From an uncultured Verrucomicrobiota bacterium (GTDB taxonomy: Bacteria > Verrucomicrobiota > Verrucomicrobiia > Limisphaerales > Palsa-1400), in NCBI GenBank assembly GCA_964558455.1, contig CAZLEE010000001.1:4228-68227 (forward strand): 64,000 nt of DNA. Direction: 5' to 3'. The translations under genes were made by a program, and so were the position numbers. Below the pieces are notes generated by a model. That model was not told the DNA's origin. It saw only the letters and a list, made by a program, of their open reading frames with translations, and did no database searches. Below, piece after piece: positions 20,043 to 28,953 of this stretch. Positions within the stretch are counted from its first letter, which is position 1, and every line of letters starts with the position of its first letter.

Positions 20043-22307
20043 ATGTTCTTCACAAAACGGAATCAACTCAAAGCCGCCGCCTTTTTTGTCGCCGGTTGCG
20101 TATGCTTTGCCTGTCTGCCTGGAATGGCCCAAAACGCCCCCGGCGGGTTGCTTTGCAATCTTTTGACCCACCCCGAAAAAAGCCTGATCACCGATCCCAA
20201 ACCGGACTTCGGCTGGATTGTCAATTCCAGCCAGCCGGACGAGATGCAGTCGGCCTGCCAAATCCTGGTCGCGTCCAGCCTTGAAAATCTGGCCGGGGAC
20301 AAGGGCGACTTGTGGGATTCCGGGAAAATCGCATCCAGCCAGTCGATCAATGTGAATTATGGGGGGGCGTCTCTCCACCCCTCGACTTCTTACTGGTGGA
20401 AAGTCCGGACGTGGGACAGCGCCGACCGGCCTTCTCCTTTTAGCCAGCCGCAACGCTTCAATACCGGCGAATTTAACCGGCACCGTTCCTGGCCGGGCGA
20501 AAGCCGGTGGGTCCAAATCCCCGATGAGTCGGGAAAATTGACGTGGACGTTTGAAGACCGGTCTCCCGTGGCTTATCACCCCATGGCCCCGGAGAAAATA
20601 ACGCCGAATCCGGACGGCTCAACCTTCATTGATTTCGGACGGGCAGCCTTCGCCGCGCTCGACCTGACCCTGACCTGGCAACCGCGCGATCCCGCCACAA
20701 ACCAGTGTGTCGTCAATATCGCCGTCGGTGAAAAAAACCGGGGCAGTGCCGTGGAGCAAAAGCCTGGCGGCGGCATTATTCACGCCGTGTTTCCTCTGAC
20801 TCTCCGGCCCGGCAAACATGCCTATTCGGTTCCCATCCCGCGTTTCGTGCCTCACTACCCGTATAGCCAGGCCCTGCCGCGCCAAATGCCGGAAGTCATC
20901 CCTTACCGCTACTGCCAGGTTCTTCCCGGCTCGGAAAAAGTCGCGGTGAACGATGCGCAACAGCTTCGCTTGAACATTGAGTTTGATGATTCGTCCTCCT
21001 CCTTCGTCTCCTCCAGCGCGGCGCTCGATCAGGTTTACGACCTTTGCAAATATTCGATCAAGGTCAACACCTTCAACGGCGATTATGCCGGCAGCGAGCG
21101 CGAGCGGATGCTTTACGAGGCGGATACCTATATCCAGCAGATCAGCCATTACGCCATTGACCGCGAATTTGCCATCGCCCGTTACAGCGCCGAAAACATG
21201 ATCTACCACACCAGTTGGCCGACGGAATGGTCTCCGCATTGCGTCTTCATGGCCTACGCCGATTATCTTTACACCGGCAATACCAAGTTCATCTCCGATT
21301 ATTTCAACGAACTGAAACCCAAAACCCTGCTCGCCCTGACTGGACACGACGGACTGGTCAGCACCCGGACCGGACGGCTGACCCCCGCCTTCAAAAAGGC
21401 CGACCACCTCAACGTGCCGATGAGGGATATTGTTGACTGGCCGCCCGGCGAGAACGACGGCTTTGTCTTCTGCGATGTCAACTCGGTTGTGAACGCCTTC
21501 CATTACCGCGCCATGGTCTTGATGGGAAAAATCGCATCCGCCCTCAACAAACCGGACGACGCCGCCTTTTGTCAGAAAGAGACCGAACGGTTCAAAAAGG
21601 CGTTTAACGAGAAATTTTTCGACCCGTCACGCGGCATTTATATTGACGGCATCGGAACCAGCCACGCTTCATTCCATGCCAGTCTTTTTGCCCTTGCCTT
21701 TGGCCTTGTGCCGGACGAACACCGCGCCTCCGTGATCAAATTCCTCAAATCCCGCGGCATGGCTTGCAGCGTTTATCCGTCCATCTACCTGCTGGAAAGT
21801 CTCTACGACGCCGGCGAAGACCAATACGCGCTGGACCTGATGACCTCCGACAGCGACCGCAGTTGGCTCAACATGATCCGGGCCGGTTCCACCGTCACGA
21901 CCGAAGCCTGGGATGTCAAATACAAGCAAAACGAAGGCTGGACTCACGCCTGGAGCACCGCCCCGGTGCAGATCATCCCCCGCAAACTGATGGGCATTGA
22001 GCCATTGCAACCCGGTTTCGGCAAGGTTCTCATCGAACCCCGTCCCGGCAATCTGGAACAAGCCAAAGTCCTGCTCCCCACCATCCGGGGACCCATCGCC
22101 GTCTCCTTCGACCGCGGTCCTGCCCGGAGTTATTTTCACCTGACTGTGTCGATCCCGGCCAACACGACCGCCGAAGTGGTCCTGCCATCCCTGGGCAACC
22201 CGTCCGCCCCCGTCACCTGTGACGGCCACCCCGTCAAAGCCCGCGTTGAAGGCGACCACATCTACCTTGATCAAATCGGCTCCGGAACCCACACCTTCGC
22301 CAGATAG
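20043..22307 (+). CDS. Secreted alpha-L-rhamnosidase (GH78 family)
   Basis: Signal peptide (AAFFVAGCVCFACLPGMAQ), the N-terminal rhamnosidase pattern PDFGWIV...SACQILVASS...YWWKVRTWD, and a six-hairpin catalytic region ending TTEAWD...GWTHAWS. Confidence 0.8.
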   Translation: MFFTKRNQLKAAAFFVAGCVCFACLPGMAQNAPGGLLCNLLTHPEKSLITDPKPDFGWIVNSSQPDEMQSACQILVASSLENLAGDKGDLWDSGKIASSQSINVNYGGASLHPSTSYWWKVRTWDSADRPSPFSQPQRFNTGEFNRHRSWPGESRWVQIPDESGKLTWTFEDRSPVAYHPMAPEKITPNPDGSTFIDFGRAAFAALDLTLTWQPRDPATNQCVVNIAVGEKNRGSAVEQKPGGGIIHAVFPLTLRPGKHAYSVPIPRFVPHYPYSQALPRQMPEVIPYRYCQVLPGSEKVAVNDAQQLRLNIEFDDSSSSFVSSSAALDQVYDLCKYSIKVNTFNGDYAGSERERMLYEADTYIQQISHYAIDREFAIARYSAENMIYHTSWPTEWSPHCVFMAYADYLYTGNTKFISDYFNELKPKTLLALTGHDGLVSTRTGRLTPAFKKADHLNVPMRDIVDWPPGENDGFVFCDVNSVVNAFHYRAMVLMGKIASALNKPDDAAFCQKETERFKKAFNEKFFDPSRGIYIDGIGTSHASFHASLFALAFGLVPDEHRASVIKFLKSRGMACSVYPSIYLLESLYDAGEDQYALDLMTSDSDRSWLNMIRAGSTVTTEAWDVKYKQNEGWTHAWSTAPVQIIPRKLMGIEPLQPGFGKVLIEPRPGNLEQAKVLLPTIRGPIAVSFDRGPARSYFHLTVSIPANTTAEVVLPSLGNPSAPVTCDGHPVKARVEGDHIYLDQIGSGTHTFAR

Positions 22308-22502
22308 GGGAAGAGTGGCCCACGCCCCGGCAGGCTGCCAAATCATCCCGGTAGATGGGGAGACGGCCTTCTGCCGTTTCGGAAGTTGCATCTCTGTCGA
22401 GCCGTAACTCGATCTGTTTCTGTTTTCTACCGTCCCAATTTCTACCTTTGCTTTCGACTCCCGCGCTTGCCCCGTGGCCGGTTTTTCTGTCACATTCCAC
22501 CT

Positions 22503-22652
22503 ATGGCAGAACGCAACGAGATCCCGGCGGCGGCTCAAAACCCGCTCACCGTCGCGCGGATGAAACTCGTTTGGGAGGACATCCTTGGCAATGACATGGA
22601 CAAAACGGTGAAAGTGAATACTGACTTCTTGCCGGACTTTCGATCGAGTTAG
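22503..22652 (+). pseudogene. Possible truncated acyl/peptidyl carrier protein remnant
   Basis: This 49-aa ORF, ...ARMKLVWEDILGNDMDKTVKVNTDFLPDFRSS*, resembles the first half of a carrier domain (xxIWxxVLGxxxVxxxDxFxxLGxDS). It stops right after the position of the phosphopantetheine Ser. Confidence 0.2.
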
Positions 22653-22761
22653 GGTTCTGCGGAGCATCACTGCCGCACCTTCAAACCCCCAGCCCGTTTT
22701 TATTTGTTGTCAATGGCAGGGCAATCAGAGTCTTCTTACGGCGGCTTTGTGCTAATTTGAA

Positions 22762-24330
22762 ATGTCGCAGATGTTGAAATCATCGGGGAGTATCGGGGCG
22801 GCCACACTGACCAGCCGTATTCTCGGGCTGGTTCGGGAACAGGTCTATACCGCGTTCATGGGCACCGGCCTGGTTTACGGCGCGTTCACTTATGCCTTTT
22901 CGATGCCGAATCTGTTCCGACGCCTGCTGGGGGAGGGGGCCTTGACGGCCGCGTTCATCCCCGTTTTCAAGGCGCGTGAAAAAAATGAGGGCGAAGCCGC
23001 CATGTGGCGCGCCGCCAACGCCGTCCTTTCCGCCCTCCTTCTCGTGTCGGGCGCCGTGGTTCTGCTGGTGATGGGCGTTGTTTCCCTCTTGTTGCTCTGG
23101 GGCTCATGGAAACCCGAAACCCGCCTCATGCTCGAATTGCTGCGCTTCATGTTTCCGTACATGATCGCGGCTTGCGTCGGCGCGGTTTTGATCGGCATGT
23201 GCAACGCGCGCGGCCATTTTTTTATCCCGGCCCTGGGCGCGGCTATTTTGAACGTTGTCATGATCGCCTCCGTCGTGCTGCTCGCTCCCCACATGGGGCA
23301 AAGGCTGGAGACGCAGATTTTTGCCCTGGCCATCGGCGTGCTGGTGGCGGGGGTGATCCAGGCCGTCTTTCAATTGCCGGTCTTGCACAGGGAAGGCTTC
23401 CGCTATCATTGGGTCACGCCGTGGCACGAACCCGTCGTCCGCGAAGTCATCGCCAAAATGATTCCCGGCATCGTCGGCGTGGCCGCCTATCAAATCAATA
23501 TCTACCTCACCCAAACCCTCGCCTTTGGCCAGAGTGCGCGCATCGTCGGCCAATTCTTCGTGGCCGCGCGTTTGATGGAACTGCCCCAGGGTGTCTTTGG
23601 CTTATCGCTCGCCACCTTCCTTTTGCCCACCCTGGCCGGGATGGCGATGGAGAAGAATTTCGTCCAATTCCGCGCCACCCTCCGGCAAGGGGCCGCTCAT
23701 CTGGTGTTTGTCAATCTCCTCGCGTCCGTTTTGCTGCTCACCCTTGCCGAACCGATTGTCCGCCTCCTGTTCGAACGCGGCAAATTCGACGCCTATTCCA
23801 CCCAGCAAGTCAGTTTCGCCCTCGTCTTCCTTGTGCCCGGCCTGATTGCGTTTTCGCTCGTCAATATTTATGCGCGGGCCTTCTACGCCTTGGGCGACAT
23901 CAAAACGCCGATGCGGATCAGCGTTTTTTGCCTGGTGATGAACCTGCTTTTCACGGTGTTTTTCCTATATGGATTGAAGCTTGGCCCGGGCGCGCTCGGT
24001 CTGGCCAACAGCCTTAGCGCCACCTGCAACTTCTGCCTGCTTGTCTATGCCTTGCGCAAAAAATTGCGGACGCTGGATATGGCGGAACTGGTGCGGCAAC
24101 TGCCCCGTCTCGCCCTGGCCGCCTTGGTGGCCGCCTTGCTGGCTTGGGGGGGACGCCAGGTTTGGGACGCCTATTTTGGCCACGCCACGCTGCCCCGGAA
24201 ATTGGGCGAGGTCTTCCTGCCCATGACCGCAGCCTCCATTGCCTACATGGCGCTGGGCTGGCTGCTCAAAATTCCTTCCGCCCGCGAATTATTCAACACG
24301 CTGTGCCGCAAAGGCGCCGCCCCTGCCTGA
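22762..24330 (+). CDS. murJ: Lipid II flippase MurJ (MviN)
   Basis: LTSRILGLVREQVYTAFMGTG...AFSMPNLFRRLLGEGAL..AFIPVF, and 14 TM-like segments. Confidence 0.9.
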   Translation: MSQMLKSSGSIGAATLTSRILGLVREQVYTAFMGTGLVYGAFTYAFSMPNLFRRLLGEGALTAAFIPVFKAREKNEGEAAMWRAANAVLSALLLVSGAVVLLVMGVVSLLLLWGSWKPETRLMLELLRFMFPYMIAACVGAVLIGMCNARGHFFIPALGAAILNVVMIASVVLLAPHMGQRLETQIFALAIGVLVAGVIQAVFQLPVLHREGFRYHWVTPWHEPVVREVIAKMIPGIVGVAAYQINIYLTQTLAFGQSARIVGQFFVAARLMELPQGVFGLSLATFLLPTLAGMAMEKNFVQFRATLRQGAAHLVFVNLLASVLLLTLAEPIVRLLFERGKFDAYSTQQVSFALVFLVPGLIAFSLVNIYARAFYALGDIKTPMRISVFCLVMNLLFTVFFLYGLKLGPGALGLANSLSATCNFCLLVYALRKKLRTLDMAELVRQLPRLALAALVAALLAWGGRQVWDAYFGHATLPRKLGEVFLPMTAASIAYMALGWLLKIPSARELFNTLCRKGAAPA

Positions 24331-25196
24331 GCCGTCCCATTTTTTAACGACTGCCGTTTTAAAACCACGCCGCAAAAACGCCATTTTTTGCGAAATTCGT
24401 CGTGAGTCATCCTGTCCAAGCCGTTCAGCGGATCGCCCACGATCACTTCGGCGTCCGTGACCTCAAGCACCGCGACAAAATGGTCAACCAGAAAATCGAA
24501 TTTGACCACCGCAAGGGTCAGCCCGGCCTGCCTTAACTCCGACAGATCCTTGAAAGCCCGGTATTCGACCGTTAAACCGTCCTTCCGATATTCCTTTTGC
24601 AACACCTCGGCCAGAATGTCCGGCTCGGTTCCCGTGGTCGAACTCGTATGGGAAAGAAGGGCAAGTTTCCCCTCGTCGGCCGGCAGGCCGAGTTTGCGCA
24701 AAGCAGTCACGGCCGCAGCCGGCCCGCAGGTGTAATCGGTGGTTTGCCGGCAAACCCCGTCTGAGCTGACGCGCGTTTGGAGATGCGCCAATTGCTGGTG
24801 GTTGGCCAGGGGCGCAAGGAAAGGCCACACTGACTTGACAGCAACGAACACCGCCATGAGCAGGCCGACCAGGAGGCGATCCCGTTTCCGCGGCAACCGC
24901 GAAAGCGGCGCGGTCAAAACCATGGTCGCAACGAAACCGAGCAGGGCGAATTTCCGCAATCCAATCATCATCCACGAAGCTGGCGGCAAAAAAGCCAAAG
25001 CCGGACAGAAAAGGGCGACGCGGTAAATCAAAATCAGGCTGAGCGGGATGAAATAACCGAGCATCCAGTAGGGTTTGGGGAGGCGCGAGAACAAATATCC
25101 GAGCAACGCGCCCGTGGCGGCGAACAATGCCGCAAGGATCGCTTCAAGCCACAGGTTCATCCGGCGGATGTTGAAGGAATTTTGCGGCCGACCCAA
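24243..25196 (-). CDS. Membrane protein with a C-terminal C39-like cysteine peptidase domain
   Basis: Four N-terminal TM helices, then QTTDYTCGPAAAVTAL (catalytic Cys context), VDHFVAVL (His) and GDP. An alternative start lies at 25160. Confidence 0.6.
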   Translation of the reverse strand: MGRPQNSFNIRRMNLWLEAILAALFAATGALLGYLFSRLPKPYWMLGYFIPLSLILIYRVALFCPALAFLPPASWMMIGLRKFALLGFVATMVLTAPLSRLPRKRDRLLVGLLMAVFVAVKSVWPFLAPLANHQQLAHLQTRVSSDGVCRQTTDYTCGPAAAVTALRKLGLPADEGKLALLSHTSSTTGTEPDILAEVLQKEYRKDGLTVEYRAFKDLSELRQAGLTLAVVKFDFLVDHFVAVLEVTDAEVIVGDPLNGLDRMTHDEFRKKWRFCGVVLKRQSLKNGTAQAGAAPLRHSVLNNSRAEGILSSQPSAM

Positions 25197-25329
25197 GCGA
25201 AAAAGGTTCCCTCGACGTTTTCAGCGGAATGGGTCATTCCTGCCTGCCGTTTTTTCGATTGTTGGCAATAATTTCCCCACCTCATCGCCCGGAAGCGGTT
25301 AAACGACCGTTTTTGGCCCTTTTTGGCGC

Positions 25330-25345
25330 TGGCACGGCCTCTGCT
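25330..25345 (+). promoter_or_regulatory. Sigma54 promoter of the flgB-led flagellar operon
   Basis: TGGCAC-ggcct-CTGCT, with the -12 GC 24 nt before the flgB ATG. Confidence 0.65.
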
Positions 25346-25367
25346 AAAAGTTGGAAGAATTTTGGGT

Positions 25368-25748
25368 ATGATTGATGCGATTTTCAGTGATCCGTATTAC
25401 ATGGCGGCCAAAAAGATGCTGGACGTTTCCGCCCTGCGTCAGGAGGCCATTGCCAGCAATATCGCGAACGTGGAAACGCCCAATTATAAGCGATTGGATG
25501 TTTCCAAGTCCTTTGAAACCGAGTTGAGCCAAGCGGTGGCGGGCAAGGATATGGCGCAACTGAGCGCGTTGCAGCCGCAATTGTCGGTTGATACCCAGGC
25601 GGTTTCGGGGCGCGCCGATGGCAACACGGTTCAATTGGAAACAGAGATGCTGAAAATGAACCAAAACGTGGTGGAACACTCGATGGAAACGTTGCTGGTC
25701 AGCAACGCGCTTTCCAAGATGAACATGGCGATAACCGGCAAAGATTAA
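25368..25748 (+). CDS. flgB: Flagellar basal-body rod protein FlgB
   Basis: MIDAIF...ALRQEAIASNIANVETPNYKR. Confidence 0.9.
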   Translation: MIDAIFSDPYYMAAKKMLDVSALRQEAIASNIANVETPNYKRLDVSKSFETELSQAVAGKDMAQLSALQPQLSVDTQAVSGRADGNTVQLETEMLKMNQNVVEHSMETLLVSNALSKMNMAITGKD

Positions 25749-25755
25749 TTAATTT

Positions 25756-26184
25756 ATGATCTCCTTACTTTCCGGAGTTGACAGCACGGCGTCCGCCTTG
25801 AACGCCGAGCAGACCCGCATGGACATAATTTCGGAAAACATTGCCAACGTCAACACCACCAAGGGACTGGACGGAAAGCCTTATCAACGCCAGCAGGTGG
25901 TTTTTGAATCCGTCTTGAAGGCGCAGCAGGATGCCAGCGCCGGCGCCGTGCCGCAGACCACGCAAATCGTTCGCATTGCCAAGGATACCAGTCCGCCTCG
26001 CATGGTCTATAACCCCACCCATCCCGAAGCCAATGCCCAGGGGATGGTGGCGATGCCCAATATAGATATTCACGAGGAGATGGTGGATATGATTGCCAGT
26101 TCGCGTTCTTACGAGGCCAATCTGGCCGTGATCAAGAATGCCCGTTCCATGGCCATGCAGGATTTATCCATAGGCAAGCATTGA
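25756..26184 (+). CDS. flgC: Flagellar basal-body rod protein FlgC
   Basis: SALNAEQTRMDIISENIANVNTT...MPNIDIHEEMVDMIASSRSYEANL. Confidence 0.95.
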   Translation: MISLLSGVDSTASALNAEQTRMDIISENIANVNTTKGLDGKPYQRQQVVFESVLKAQQDASAGAVPQTTQIVRIAKDTSPPRMVYNPTHPEANAQGMVAMPNIDIHEEMVDMIASSRSYEANLAVIKNARSMAMQDLSIGKH

Positions 26185-26202
26185 TAGAAATTTTATTTCC
26201 AC

Positions 26203-26604
26203 ATGGACGCACTCTCAGCATTGAAAATGATGGCGGGCGGCCCGTTGACCGACCCGTCAGCCACGCTGACGAAGTCCGCCACGGCGCTGTCCGGCTCCGC
26301 CGCGCCGTCCATCTCCCCGGCGGAGTTGCAGACGCTCAGTTCCGATGCGCCGCAATCGGTCACGGGCGCAAGCGCTTCGTCTGCCGGCAATTTTCAAAAT
26401 TTGCTGGACGATTTTGTCGGCGAGGTCAACGACAAGCAAATTGCGGCTCAAAATGCCCTGACCGGCATGATGAGCGGGCAAGGAGTCTCCCTGCACCAGG
26501 CCATGATCTCGATGGAGGAAGCCAACGTTTCCTTCCAGATGATGATCGAGGTGCGCAACAAAGTTTTGGATTCGTATCAGGAATTGATGCGCATGCAAAT
26601 ATGA
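26203..26604 (+). CDS. fliE: Flagellar hook-basal body complex protein FliE
   Basis: FQNLLDDFVGEVNDKQ...SLHQAMISMEEANVSFQMMIEVRNKVLDSYQELMRMQI. Confidence 0.9.
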   Translation: MDALSALKMMAGGPLTDPSATLTKSATALSGSAAPSISPAELQTLSSDAPQSVTGASASSAGNFQNLLDDFVGEVNDKQIAAQNALTGMMSGQGVSLHQAMISMEEANVSFQMMIEVRNKVLDSYQELMRMQI

Positions 26605-26665
26605 TCAACCACCACCCAACCATTCATTTCCCTTTTCCGGCGGTTGACGCCGGCGCTTTCATTTC

Positions 26666-28282
26666 ATGAAACACAACCTTTCGCAGACTTTGCGCCAGTT
26701 GGCGGGCATATGGCAGCAGCTCGGCTTCAATCAACGCGTCAGCGTCATCATGGCGACGATTATTGTGTTGGGCGGCCTGGGCGCGGTGGCCTTTTTTTCC
26801 AGCCGGGTTGATTACTCCCTTCTTTACGGCAAATTGGACGAAGGCGAGGCGGCCAAGGTGATTGCCGCGCTGGATGAAGCCAAGGTGCCTTACCAGATCG
26901 GACGCGGCGGCAACGCCATCATGGTGCCGGCGGACAAGGTCTATCAACTCCGCATGCAGATGGCCAGCAAAGGCATCCCTCGCGGCGAAGGCGTCGGGTT
27001 TGAAATTTTTGACAAGGCCAGTTTTGGTCTTTCCGATTTTGTTCAGCGCGCCAATTACGCCCGCGCCATCCAGGGGGAATTGGCCCGCACCATCAGCCAG
27101 CTTGACCAGGTCGAGTCCGCGCGCGTGATGATTGTCATGCCCGAAAACCGGCTCCTGACCGATAATCTCCGCAAACCCACCGCGTCGGTTTTTGTCCGGG
27201 TGAAGGGCAATGCGCAGTTGCCGCCGCCCGCAGTCAGCTCGATCCAGTTTTTGGTGGCCAACAGCGTGGAGGGACTCCAGGCCAACAATGTTTCCGTGGT
27301 GGACAACCAGGGCAACGTCCTTTCCGAGAATCAGGAAAACGATTCCATTGCCGGCATGTCCGGCAACCAGCTCGCGGCGCGCCGCAATTATGAGCAGTAC
27401 CTGACCAAGAAGGCTGAGGGCATGTTGGAAAAGGTGCTTGGCCCCGGCCAGGCGGTGGTGCGCGTTGCCGTCGATCTCAATTGGGATTCGATGACCCGGA
27501 CGGAGGAAAAGTTTGATCCGGACAGCCAGGTGGCGCGTTCCAGCACGATCAACGATGAGACTTCGGACACCGACACCGCGAACGCCGGCGGATCGCCGGG
27601 CCTTGCCGCCAACAGCCCGGAAGGAAACACCAATTCGTCCAGCCAGCCTGTCAACAATTCCCACACCCATAAGAAAGTCACGACCAGCACGTTCGAGATA
27701 GACAAAATTACCAGCAACATGCTTCAAACCGCCGGCGGAGTGAAACGCATCTCCAGCGCGGTTTTCATCGCGCAAAAAGTGGAAGGCGCCGGCGCGAACC
27801 GCAAACCGGTGAAGCGTTCCGCCGAGGAACTGGACAAGCTCAAAAGCATCGTGCGCAGCGCGCTCGGCATCCAGGAAGCCGATCCGGCGCGCAAAGATGA
27901 AATCACCCTGGAAGAGATGCCGTTCAGCGATCAGGGCGCGGCTGAAATCACCCAGCAGTTGGAACAGCAGGACAAACATCAATTCCTGATGGATCTCGTG
28001 CCCAAGGTCGTTTACATCGGGCTGGCCATCGGGGTGATCGTCATGTTCCTGCGCCTGCTCAAAAGCGCCAAGACGGATGACATCCCCATCGGCGTGCCTC
28101 TGGGTAACGGCCATGGCGGCGCCAACGGGAACGGCGGCGCCAATGGCAACGGCAACGGTTTCGGCAATGGCAGGGGCGGAGTGGTCACGGTCGAGGTGCT
28201 GAACCAATTGATCCGCGAAAATCCGGCGAACATGGGTCAAGCCGTCCGCACCTGGATGACCCGCGGCAAATCCAATAACTAA
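26666..28282 (+). CDS. fliF: Flagellar MS-ring protein FliF
   Basis: LYGKLDEGEAAKVIAALDEAKVPYQI, MQMASKGIP, ARAIQGELARTI. It has a C-terminal TM, a GN-rich linker (GNGHGGANGNGGANGNGNGFGNG) and a conserved tail. Confidence 0.95.
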   Translation: MKHNLSQTLRQLAGIWQQLGFNQRVSVIMATIIVLGGLGAVAFFSSRVDYSLLYGKLDEGEAAKVIAALDEAKVPYQIGRGGNAIMVPADKVYQLRMQMASKGIPRGEGVGFEIFDKASFGLSDFVQRANYARAIQGELARTISQLDQVESARVMIVMPENRLLTDNLRKPTASVFVRVKGNAQLPPPAVSSIQFLVANSVEGLQANNVSVVDNQGNVLSENQENDSIAGMSGNQLAARRNYEQYLTKKAEGMLEKVLGPGQAVVRVAVDLNWDSMTRTEEKFDPDSQVARSSTINDETSDTDTANAGGSPGLAANSPEGNTNSSSQPVNNSHTHKKVTTSTFEIDKITSNMLQTAGGVKRISSAVFIAQKVEGAGANRKPVKRSAEELDKLKSIVRSALGIQEADPARKDEITLEEMPFSDQGAAEITQQLEQQDKHQFLMDLVPKVVYIGLAIGVIVMFLRLLKSAKTDDIPIGVPLGNGHGGANGNGGANGNGNGFGNGRGGVVTVEVLNQLIRENPANMGQAVRTWMTRGKSNN

Positions 28283-28356
28283 AACCCTTTTATGAAACTG
28301 GATAGCGCGATGCTCCTGCTGGCCGGCCCGGGCTGTCTGCGGGCGCGGAGGATGTC

Positions 28357-28953
28357 ATGGCGATGAACCCCTGGTCTCAACAGATTCATTTGCAAGCGCC
28401 CTTGCGCGATGTTCGCCTGGCCGGTCCCGAGACGTCGGCGCAGGCCGCCGAATCCGAGCGGCAGCGGGTCTGGCAGGAGGGATACGACAAGGGACGGATC
28501 GATGGCGAGAAATTGGTGAGCGAGCAATTGCTGAAACAACGCGGGGAATTGCAGGAAGTGTTGCAAGGCGTGCTTAACTCGATGCGCGGCGCCGTCCCGC
28601 AAGTGGTGCGCGACACCGAAGACACGGTCATTTCCCTCGCCATGGAAGTGGCCCGGAAACTCGTTTCCGACATGCCCATTTCCGCCCCCATGGTCGAAGC
28701 CGCCGTGCGCGACGCGCTGGGCCACGTGGAAGGTTCGACCCAGATCACGGTGCGTTTGCATCCGGCCGACTTGGAACTGGTGCAAAGCGCCGGTTCGGCT
28801 TTGCTGACCTCACCCAACGCCAAGCGTGATTTCCGTTTCCTCAGTTCGACCGAAGTCAGCCGCGGCGGCTGCCTGGTTGAGACCCGTTTTGGCACGGTGG
28901 ACAGCCGGCGCGAAACAAAATTTGATCTCTTGAAAAAATCCCTCCTCGCATGA
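28357..28953 (+). CDS. fliH: Flagellar assembly protein FliH
   Basis: EGYDKGRIDGEK..., RLHPADLELV, SRGGCLVETRFGTVDSR. GGAGG lies 6 nt before the ATG, and the gene overlaps fliI by 4 nt. Confidence 0.8.
   Translation: MAMNPWSQQIHLQAPLRDVRLAGPETSAQAAESERQRVWQEGYDKGRIDGEKLVSEQLLKQRGELQEVLQGVLNSMRGAVPQVVRDTEDTVISLAMEVARKLVSDMPISAPMVEAAVRDALGHVEGSTQITVRLHPADLELVQSAGSALLTSPNAKRDFRFLSSTEVSRGGCLVETRFGTVDSRRETKFDLLKKSLLA

Noticed and set aside
25226-25240. The inverted repeat GGAATG-ggt-CATTCC about 90 bp upstream of the flgB sigma54 promoter. Also the TGCCGCA...TGCGGCA pair at 56613-56673 upstream of fliW. Both were considered as activator sites.
   Set aside because: These are short 6-7-bp dyads of the kind expected by chance in 130-bp regions, and they are not shared between promoters. 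Only the 14-mer is shared.
26624-28240. A 538-aa ORF antisense to fliF. Similar long antisense or shadow ORFs occur at 2810-4162(+), 5797-6909(-), 15868-16914(-), 16833-18482(+), 36219-37721(-) and 60287-61888(-).
   Set aside because: Each lies exactly opposite a gene with strong family motifs. Their translations are Arg/Gly/Pro/His-rich and low in complexity, with no recognisable domains. This is typical of stop-poor antisense frames in GC-rich DNA.
28299-28314. The sigma54-like spacing TGGATAgcgcgATGCT in the fliF-fliH gap.
   Set aside because: Only GG-N10-GC and a few flanking bases match. The strongly conserved C and A of TGGCAC are absent, unlike the five good sites, so it is probably chance.
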